Assembly: GCF_009914755.1 (NCBI RefSeq)
Contig: NC_060940.1
Source: the human T2T-CHM13v2.0 reference genome, Homo sapiens
Length of the DNA: 64,000 nucleotides
Direction: 5' to 3' (one strand)
The notes beneath the pieces are model-generated. The model was given only the letters and a program-made list of their open reading frames with translations. It was not told the origin of the DNA and did no database searches. How positions within the stretch are numbered: position 1 is the stretch's first letter; the number at the start of each line of letters is the position of its first letter. Positions 1 to 10,912 of the stretch are shown one piece after another. Both the position numbers and the translations under genes were made by a program.

Positions 1-1179
1 TCCATTCATTTCCATTCAATGATTCCATTCGAATCTATTCCATGATGATTCCTTGCGATTCCATTCGCTGATGTTTCCGTTCAATTACATTCGATGATGA
101 TTCCATTCGATTCCATTCATTGAGGATTCCATTTGATTCCATTAAATGATGATTCCGTTCTATTCCATTCAATGATTGCATTCAATTCCATTCAATGATT
201 ATCCCCTTAGGGTAAACTCATTGATTCCATTCAATACCATTCGATGATGATTCCTTTTGAGTCCATTCAATGATTTCATTCAAGTCCATTTGATGATTCC
301 TTTCAATTCCATTCTATGATGATTCCATTCGAGTCCATTCGATGATTCCATTCAATTGCATTCGATGATTCCATTATATTCCAGTCAACGATGATTCCAT
401 TCGAGTCCATTCGATGATTCCATTAGAGTACATTTAATGATTGCTTTGTTTTCAATTCGAAGATGATTACATTGGATTCCATTCTATGATACCATTCGAT
501 TCCATTCAATGATGATTCCACTCAAATCCATTGGATGATTCCATTCGTGTCCGTTCGGTGATTTCATTAGATTCCATTCGAGGATGATTCCATTCGATTC
601 CATTCGATGATTCCATTCAATTCCATTCGATGATGATTCCATTCCAGTCCATATGATCATTCCATTTGATTTCATTCGATGATGATTCCATTCGATTCCA
701 TTCGATGATTCCATTCTATTCCATTCGATGATGATTCCATTCGAGTCCATTCGATGATTCCATTCGAGTCCATTTAATGATTCCATTGGGTTCAATTCAA
801 TGATGATTACATTGGATTCCGTTCTATGATTCCATTCAATTCCGTTCATTGACAATTTGATTCCATTCGATGATGATTCCATTTGAGTTCATTCGATGAT
901 TCTATTCGATTCTCTTCGATGGTGATTCAATTCTATTATATTGGATGATTCCATTCGATTCCATTTGAAGTTGATTCAATTCGATTCTATTCGATGATGA
1001 TTCCATTGGATTTCACTTGATGATTCTATTCGATTCCATTCAATGATGATTCACTTCTCGTCCATTGGATGATTCCATTTCATTCCATTCGATGATGATT
1101 CCATTCGATTCCTTTCGATGATTCCATTTGATTCCATGCGACGGTGAGCAATTCGATTCAATTCCATGATGATTCTATT

Positions 1180-1190
1180 TGATTCAATTA
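1180..1190 (-). promoter_or_regulatory. DUX4-type double-homeodomain consensus match (TAATTGAATCA on minus), recurring at the same position in other units
   Basis: + strand TGATTCAATTA matches the reverse complement of TAAYBBAATCA; also seen at 8032. DUX4 binding and activation of HSATII is established. Function of this particular site is not shown. Confidence 0.45.
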
Positions 1191-3054
1191 GATGATGTTT
1201 CCATTCGAATCCATTCCATGATTATTCCATTGGAATCCATTTGGCGATGATTCCATATGAGTCAATTCAATGATGATTCCATACGGGTCCGTTCGATGAT
1301 AATTCCATTTGATTTCATTCGATGCTTCTATTCAATTCCAGTCGATGATGATTCCGTTGGAGTCCATACGATGATTCCATTTGATTTCATTTGATGATGA
1401 TTCCATTCGATGATGATTACATTGGATTCCATTCTATGATTCCATTCAATTCCATTCGTTGATGATTCGATTCCATTCAATGATGATTCCATTTGAGTTC
1501 ATTCGATGATTCTATTCGATTCCGTTCGATGGTGATTCAATTCTATTATATTGGATGATTCCACTCGATTCCATTTGATGATTATTCCATTGGAGTCCAC
1601 TTAGTGAATCCTTTAGATTCTACTCGAAGATGATTCCATTCGAGTCCATTCGATGATACCATTCAATTCCATTCGTTGATGCTTCCATTCAAGTGCATTC
1701 GATGATATCATTCGATTCCATTTGATGATAATTCCATTTGATTCCATGCAATGATTCTATTCGATTCCATTCAATGATAATTCCATTCAATTCAGTGATT
1801 CCTCTGGACTCCATTTGATGATGATTCCATTCAATGATTCCATTCGATTCTATTCGAAAATGATTCCATTTGAATCCATTTGATGATGATTCCATTAGAT
1901 TCCATTTGATGATTCCATTCGATTCCATTTGATGATGATTCCATTCGATTCCATTTGATGATTCCATTCTATTCTATTCGATGATGATTCCATTCGATTC
2001 CATTCGATGATGATTGGATTCGATTCCATTTGATGATTTCATTTGATTCCATTCGTTAATGATTTCGATCAACTCCATTCGATGATTCCATTTAATTCCA
2101 TTCAATAATGATTACATCCGAGTCCATTCGATGATTCCATTTGAGCCCGTTCGATAATTCCATTTGAGTCCAATCAATGATTCCATTCATTTCCATTCAA
2201 TGATTCCATTCGAGTCCATTTGATCATTCCGGTAGGGTCCGTTCGATGTTGATTCCATTGGAGTGCATTCGATGATTCCATTCGAGTCCATTTTATGATT
2301 TGATTCGAGTCCTTTCGATGATTCCATTCGATTCCACTCGATGATGATTTCATTCGAGTCCATTCGACACTTCCAATCGATTCCATTTGATGTTTCCATT
2401 CGAGTCCAATTGATGATTCCATTCAATTCCATTCGATGATGATTCCGTACGATTCCATTCTGTGATGATTCCATGTGATTGCATTCCATGATGATTCCTT
2501 TCGATTGCATTCGATTATGATTCATTTCGTGTTCATTCTATGGTTCCACAGGTTTCCATTCGATGACGTTTCCGTTCGTGTCCATTCCATTATTCCATTC
2601 TATTTCATTTGATGATGATTCCATTCGATTCCATTCATTGGTGATTCCACTCAATTCCATTCAATGATTCCATTCCATTTCTTTCAACAATGATTCCATT
2701 AGTTTCTATTCGATGATCCACTTGATTCCATTTGGCGATGATTCCATTCGTGTCCATTCGATGATTCCATTTGATTCCATATGATGATGATTCCATTCGA
2801 TTCCATACGATGATGATTCCATTCGAGTCCATTCAATGGTGATTCCATTCAATTCCATTCGATGATTCCTTTTGATTCCATTCGATGATGATGGCATTCG
2901 ATTCCTTTCAATCATTCCCTTTGATTCCATTCAAAGGTGATTTCATTCAAGTCCATTCGATAATTGCATTCGATTCCATTCTATGATGATTCCATTCGAG
3001 TCCATTTGATGATTCCATTCAATTCAAGTCAATGATGATTCCATTCGATTCCAC

Positions 3055-4519
3055 TCGATGATTCCATTGGATTCCATTCAGTGATGATTCCATTCAAATC
3101 CATTCGATAATTCAATTCAAGTCCATTCGATGATGATTCCAATCGAATCCATTCAAAGATTCCATTCAATTCCATTCGATGATGATTCCCTTAGATTCCA
3201 TTCGATGATTCCACTTGATTCCATTTACGATGATTGCATTCGATTCCATGTGATGAATCCATTCAATTCTATTCAATGATGTTTCCATTTGATTCCATTG
3301 GACCATGATTGCCTTTGATTCCATTCAATGATTCCATTCGGTTCCATTTGATGATGATTCCGTTCGATTCCATTTCATTATTCCATTTGATTCCATTGGA
3401 TGAGTCCATTCAATTACATTCGATGATTATTCCATTCGAGTGCATTAGATGATTGCATTCGAGTCCATTCGATGATTCCATTCGATTCCATTCGATGTTG
3501 ATTCTGTTCAAATCCATTCGATGATTCCACTCGATTCCATTCGATGACTCCATTTGATCCCATTCGATGATTTCCTGTGATTCCCTTTGATGATCATTCT
3601 ATGTGATTCAATTCGGTGATTTCATTTCATTCCATTCAGTGATGTTTCCATTCGACTGTATTCCATGATGATTCCATTCGACTCCATTCGATTATGATTT
3701 CATTCAATTCCATTCAATAATGATTCCCTTCGAGTACATTCGATGATTCCATTCGATTCCATTCAACGATGATTTGATTCGTTTCCATTCGATGATTCCA
3801 TTGGATTCCATTCGATGATGATTCCATTCAAATCCATTCGATAATTCAATTCAAGTCCATTCAATGATGATTCCAATCGAATCCATTCAAAGATTCCATT
3901 CAGTTCCATTCGATGATTCCCTTAGATTCCATTCGATGATTCCACTTGATTCCATTTACGATGATTCCATTCGATTCCATGTGATGATTCCATTCAATTC
4001 TATTCAATGATGTTTCCATTTGATTCCATTCGACCATGATTGCCTTTGATTCCATTCAATGATTCCATTCGGTTCCTTTTGATGATGATTCCGTTCGATT
4101 CCATTTGATGATTCCATTTGATTCCATTGGTTGAGTCCATTCGATTACATTCGATGATTATTCCATTCGAGTGCATTAGATGATTCCATTCGAGTCCATT
4201 CGATGATTCCATTCGATTCCATTCGATGTTGATTCTGTTCAAATCCATTCGATGATTCCACTCGATTCCATTCGATGACTCCATTTGATCCCATTCGATG
4301 ATTTCCTGTGATTCCCTTTGATGATCATTCCATTTGATTCAATTCGGTGATTTAATTTGATTCCATTCAGTGACGTTTCCTTTCGACTCCATTCGATGAT
4401 GATTCCATTCGACTCCATTCGATTATGATTTCATTCAATTCCATTCGATAATGATTCCCTTCGAGTCCATTCGATGATTCCATTCGATTCCATTCAACGA
4501 TGATTTGATTCGTGTCCGT
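3055..4519 (+). repeat. Internal tandem duplication of ~731-734 bp (two diverged copies) inside the long-form unit
   Basis: ATTCCATTGGATTCC...CAAATCCATTCGATAATTCAATTCAAGTCC occurs at 3061 and again at 3795. In other units paired 94-aa marker ORFs lie 731 bp apart (14181/14912, 31156/31887, 37994/38725, 57470/58201). Confidence 0.9.
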
Positions 4520-6852
4520 TCGATGATTCCATTTGATTCCACTTGATGATGATTCCATTCGAGTCCATTTGATGATTCCATTCAATTCCATTCTCCGATG
4601 ATTTCTTTTGAGCCCACTCAATGCTTCCACTCGATTCCATATGATGATGACTCCATTCGATGAAATTCGATGATGATTCCATTCGCTTGCTTTCGATGAT
4701 GATTCCACTTGAGTCCGTTAGAAGATTCTATTCAATTACATTCCATGACGATTCCGTTCGAGTCCATTTGATGATTCCATTAGACTCCATTCGACGATGA
4801 TTCCATTCGATGTTATTCGATGATTCCATTCGATCTCATTCGATGATGATTCCATTCAACTCCATTCGATGTTTCCATTCGAGTTCATTCTATTATTCCA
4901 TTACATTCCATTCGATGATGATTCCATTCGATTCCGTTTGATGATTGCATTCTATTTCATTTGATGATGATTCCATTCGAGTCCACTCAATGATTCCATT
5001 CGAGTCCGTTTAATGAATCCATTGGTTTCAATTCTATGATGATTACATTGGATTCCATTCGTTGATGATTTCATTCGGTTCCATTCAATGATGATTCCAT
5101 TCAATTCCTTTCAATGTTTCCATTCAATTCCATACGATGATGATTCCATTTGATTTGATTCGACAGTGAGCCATTCGATTCAATTCCATGATGATTCTAT
5201 TTTATTCAATTGTTTGACATTTCCATTCGATTCCATTCGATGATGATTCCCTTTGATTCCATTCAAAGATGATTCCATTCTAGCCCATTCAATCATTCCA
5301 TTCGATTCTATTCAATGATGATTCCATTCATGTCGATTTGGTGATTCCATTTGACTTCATTTGATGATGATTCCTTTCAAGTTCATTAGATGATTCCATT
5401 CGATTCCATTTGATGATGATCCCATTCGAGTCCATTCAGTGATTCCATTCGTTTCCATTCCATGATGATTCCATTCCATTCCATTCAATGATTCCATTCG
5501 ATTCCGTTTGATGATGATTTCATTCGAGTCCATTTGATGATTCCATTTGATTCCATTCGATGATGATTCCATTCGAGTCCATTCGATGATTCTATTCGAA
5601 TCCATTTGATGATTACTTTTGATTATATTTGGTGATGATTCCATTGGAGTCCATTCAATGATTCCATTCGATTCCAATCGATGATGATTCCATTAGAGTC
5701 CATTTAATGATTCCATTTGATTCCAGTCTCTGATGATTACATTCGAGTCCATACGATGATTCCACTCAATTCCATATGATGATGATTCCATTCGATTCCA
5801 TTCGATGATTCCATTCTATTCTATTCAATGGTGATTCCATTCGAGTACATTAGATGATTCCATTCGATTCCATTCAATGATGATTCTATTTGTGTCCCTT
5901 AGATGGTTCCACATGATTCCATTACATGATGATACTATTTGAGCCCATCCAATGATTCCCTTCGATTCCATTCGATGAGGATTCCATTCGATTCAATTCA
6001 TTGGTGATTCTATTCAATTCAATTCTTTGATTCCATTCCATTCCATTCGACAATGATTCCATTCGATTTCTTTCGATGATTCCACTCGATTCCACTTGAC
6101 ATTGATTCCATTCGATTCCATTCAATGATTCCGTTTGATTCCAGTGGATGATGATTGCCATCGATTCCATTCGATCACTCCATTCTATTCCATTTGGTGA
6201 TGATTACATTCGATTCCATTTGACGATTCCATCTGATTCTATTCGAGGATTCCATTTGATTCCATTCGATGATGATTCCATTCGAGTCCATTCGATGATT
6301 TCATTCGAGTACATCCAATGATTCCATTCGAGTCCATTTGATGATTCCATTTGATTCCATTTGATTATGATTCTACTAGAGTCCATTCAATGACTCCATT
6401 CGAATCCATTCATCAATTCCATTCGAGTCCATTCGATGATTCCATTTCATGATTCCATTCGAGTCCATTTAATCATTACAGTCAAGTCCGTTTGGTGATT
6501 CCACTGGATTTCTTTTGATAATGATACCATTCAATTACATTTGATGATGATCCCATTCAATTTCATTTGATGATGATTCCATTAGAGTCCATTCGATGAT
6601 TTCATTCGAGTCCCTTCATTGATTCCATCCGATTTCATTTGATGATGACTCCATTCGAGTTCATTCGATGATTCCACTCGATTCCATTAGATGATTCCAT
6701 TGGAGTCCATTTCATTGTTCCATTCGATTCCATTCGATCCCTTTCGAAGATTATTCCATTTGAGTCCATTCGATGATGATTCCATTCCATTCCATTCGAT
6801 GATTCCGTTTGATTCCATTCGATGATTCCCTTCGATTCCTTTCTTTGATGAT

Positions 6853-9800
6853 TCCATTCCATTCCATTCAATGATTCCATTCGAATCTATTCCATGATGA
6901 TTCCTTGCGATTCCATTCGCTGATGTTTCCATTCAATTCCATTCGATGATGATTCCATTCGATTCCATTCATTGAGGATTCCATTTGATTCCATTCAATG
7001 ATGATTCCGTTCTATTCCATTCAATGATTGCATTCAATTCCATTCAATGATTATCCCCTTAGAGTAAACTCAATGATTCCATTCAATACCATTCGATGAT
7101 GATTCCTTTTGAGTCCATTCAATGATTTCATTCAAGTCCATTTGATGATTCCTTTCAATTCCATTCTATGATGATTCCATTCGAGTCCATTCGATGATTC
7201 CATTCAATTGCATTCGATGATTCCATTATATTCCAGTCCACGATGATTCCATTCGAGTCCATTCGATGATTCCATTAGAGTACATTTAATGATTGCTTTG
7301 TTTTCAATTCGAAGATGATTACATTGGATTCCATTCTATGATACCATTCGATTCCATTCAATGATGATTCCACTCAAATACATTGGATGATTCCATTCGT
7401 GTCCGTTCGGTGATTTCATTAGATTCCATTCGAGGATGATTCCATTCGATTCCATTCGATGATTCCATTCAATTCCATTCGATGATGATTCCATTCCAGT
7501 CCATATGATCATTCCATTTGATTTCATTCGATGATGATTCCATTCGATTCCATTCGACGATTCCATTCTATTCCATTCGATGATGATTCCATTCGAGTCC
7601 ATTCGATGATTCCATTCGAGTCCATTTAATGATTCCATTCGGTTCAATTCAATGATGATTACATTGGATTCCGTTCTATGATTCCATTCAATTCCGTTCA
7701 TTGACAATTTGATTCCATTCGATGATGATTCCATTTGAGTTCATTCGATGATTCTATTCGATTCTCTTCGATGGTGATTCAATTCTATTATATTGGATGA
7801 TTCCATTCGATTCCATTTGATGTTGATTCAATTCGATTCTATTCGATGATGATTCCATTGGATTTCACTTGATGATTCTATTCGATTCCATTCAATGATG
7901 ATTCACTTCTCGTCCATTGGATGATTCCATTTCATTCCATTCGATGATGATTCCATTCGATTCCTTTCGATGATTCCATTTGATTCCATGCGACGGTGAG
8001 CAATTCGATTCAATTCCATGATGATTCTATTTGATTCAATTAGATGATGTTTCCATTCGAATCCATTCCATGATTATTCCATTGGAATCCATTTGGCGAT
8101 GATTCCATATGAGTCAATTCAATGATGATTCCATATGGGTCCGTTCGATGATAATTCCATTTGATTTCATTCGATGCTTCTATTCAATTCCAGTCGATGA
8201 TGATTCCGTTGGAGTCCATACGTTGATTCCATTTGATTTCATTTGATGATGATTCCATTCGATGATGATTACATTGGATTCCATTCTATGATTCCATTCA
8301 ATTCCATTCGTTGATGATTCGATTCCATTCAATGATGATTCCATTTGAGTTCATTCGATGATTCTATTCGATTCCGTTCGATGGTGATTCAATTCTATTA
8401 TATTGGATGATTCCACTCGATTCCATTTGATGATTATTCCATTGGAGTCCACTTAGTGAATCCTTTAGATTCTACTCGAAGATGATTCCATTCGAGTCCA
8501 TTCGATGATACCATTCAATTCCATTCGTTGATGCTTCCATTCAAGTGCATTCGATGATATCATTCGATTCCATTTGATGATAATTCCATTTGATTCCATG
8601 CAATGATTCTATTCCATTCCATTCAATGATAATTCCATTCAATTCAGTGATTCCTCTGGACTCCATTTGATGATGATTCCATTCAATGATTCCATTCGAT
8701 TCTATTCGAAAATGATTCCATTTGAATCCATTCGATGATGATTCCATTAGATTCCATTTGATGATTCCATTCGATTCCATTTGATGATGATTCCATTCGA
8801 TTCCATTTCATGATTCCATTCTATTCTATTCGATGATGATTCCATTCGATTCCATTCGATGATGATTGGATTCGATTCCATTTGATGATTTCATTTCATT
8901 CCATTCGTTAATGATTTCGATCAACTCCATTCGATGATTCCATTTAATTCCATTCAATAATGATTACATCCGAGTCCATTCGATGATTCCATTTGAGCCC
9001 GTTCGATAATTCCATTTGAGTCCAATCAATGATTCCATTCATTTCCATTCAATGATTCCATTCGAGTCCATTTGATCATTCCGGTAGGGTCCGTTCGATG
9101 TTGATTCCATTGGAGTGCATTCGATGATTCCATTCGAGTCCATTTTATGATTTGATTCGAGTCCTTTCGATGATTCCATTCGATTCCACTCGATGATGAT
9201 TTCATTCGAGTCCATTCGACACTTCCAATCGATTCCATTTGATGTTTCCATTCGAGTCCAATTGATGATTCCATTCAATTCCATTCGATGATGATTCCGT
9301 ACGATTCCATTCTGTGATGATTCCATGTGATTGCATTCAATGATGATTCCTTTCGATTGCATTGGATTATGATTCATTTCGTGTTCATTCTATGGTTCCA
9401 CAGGTTTCCATTCGATGACGTTTCCGTTCGTGTCCATTCCATTATTCCATTCTATTTCATTTGATGATGATTCCATTCGATTCCATTCATTGGTGATTCC
9501 ACTCAATTCCATTCAATGATTCCATTCCATTTCTTTCAACAATGATTCCATTAGTTTCTATTCGATGATCCACTTGATTCCATTTGGTGATGATTCCATT
9601 CGTGTCCATTTGATGATTCCATTTGATTCCATTCGATGATGATTCCATTCGAGTCCATTCGATGATTCTATTCGAATCCATTTGATGATTACTTTTGATT
9701 ATATTTGGTGATGATTCCATTGGAGTCCATTCAATGATTCCATTCGATTCCAATCGATGATGATTCCATTAGAGTCCATTTAATGATTCCATTTGATTCC

Positions 9801-10912
9801 AGTCTCTGATGATTACATTCGAGTCCATAAGATGATTCCACTCAATTCCATATGATGATGATTCCATTCGATTCCATTCGATGATTCCATTCTATTCTAT
9901 TCAATGGTGATTCCATTCGAGTACATTAGATGATTCCATTCGATTCCATTCAATGATGATTCTATTTGTGTCCCTTAGATGGTTCCACATGATTCCATTA
10001 CATGATGATACTATTTGAGCCCATCCAATGATTCCCTTCGATTCCATTCGATTCAATTCATTGGTGATTCTATTCAATTCAATTCTTTGATTCCATTCCA
10101 TTCCATTCGACAATGATTCCATTCGATTTCTTTCGATGATTCCACTCGATTCCACTTGACATTGATTCCATTCGATTCCATTCAATGATTCCGTTTGATT
10201 CCAGTGGATGATGATTGCCATCGATTCCATTCGATCACTCCATTCTATTCCATTTGATGATGATTACATTCGATTCCATTTGATGATTCCATCTGATTCT
10301 ATTCGAGGATTCCATTTGATTCCATTCGATGATGATTCCATTCGAGTCCATTCGATGATTTCATTCGAGTACATCCAATGATTCCATTCGAGTCCATTTG
10401 ATGATTCCATTTGATTCCATTTGATTATGATTCTACTAGAGTCCATTCAATGACTCCATTCGAATCCATTCATCAATTCCATTCGAGTCCATTCGATGAT
10501 TCCATTTCATGATTCCATTCGAGTCCATTTAATCATTACAGTCAAGTCCGTTTGGTGATTCCACTGGATTTCTTTTGATAATGATACCATTCAATTACAT
10601 TTGATGATGATCCCATTCAATTTCATTTGATGATGATTCCATTAGAGTCCATTCGATGATTTCATTCGAGTCCCTTCATTGATTCCATCCGATTTCATTT
10701 GATGATGACTCCATTCGAGTTCATTCGATGATTCCACTCGATTCCATTAGATGATTCCATTGGAGTCCATTTCATTGTTCCATTCGATTCCATTCGATTC
10801 CTTTCGAAGATTATTCCATTTGAGTCCATTCGATGATGATTCCATTCCATTCCATTCGATGATTCCGTTTGATTCCATTCGATGATTCCCTTCGATTCCT
10901 TTCTTTGATGAT
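6853..10912 (+). repeat. Nested unit 2, deletion variant, 4060 bp
   Basis: Marker spacing 7336 to 11396. A 2776-bp deletion junction at ~9610 plus a 16-bp deletion at ~10040 account for 6852-4060=2792. Confidence 0.9.

Larger units (their letters stand above)
1..6852 (+). repeat. Nested repeat unit 1, long form, 6852 bp (phase arbitrary)
   Basis: Marker ORF 484 to 7336. Unique words such as TTATCCCCTTAG (~199, ~7051) and CCGGTAGGGTCC (2229, 9081) recur at +6852. Confidence 0.92.

Noticed and set aside
199-222. Atypical word TTATCCCCTTAGGGTAAACTCA containing a single TTAGGG and a weak palindrome
   Set aside because: It can be derived by substitutions from ATTCCATTCGAGTCCATTCA. The TTAGGG form is a one-base variant present only here and at ~47008, and is too short to support a function.
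484-882. 132-aa ORF intact in all 11 copies, suggesting conservation
   Set aside because: Units are nearly identical at DNA level and several copies carry amino-acid changes, so persistence is expected without selection. There is no promoter, splice or domain evidence.
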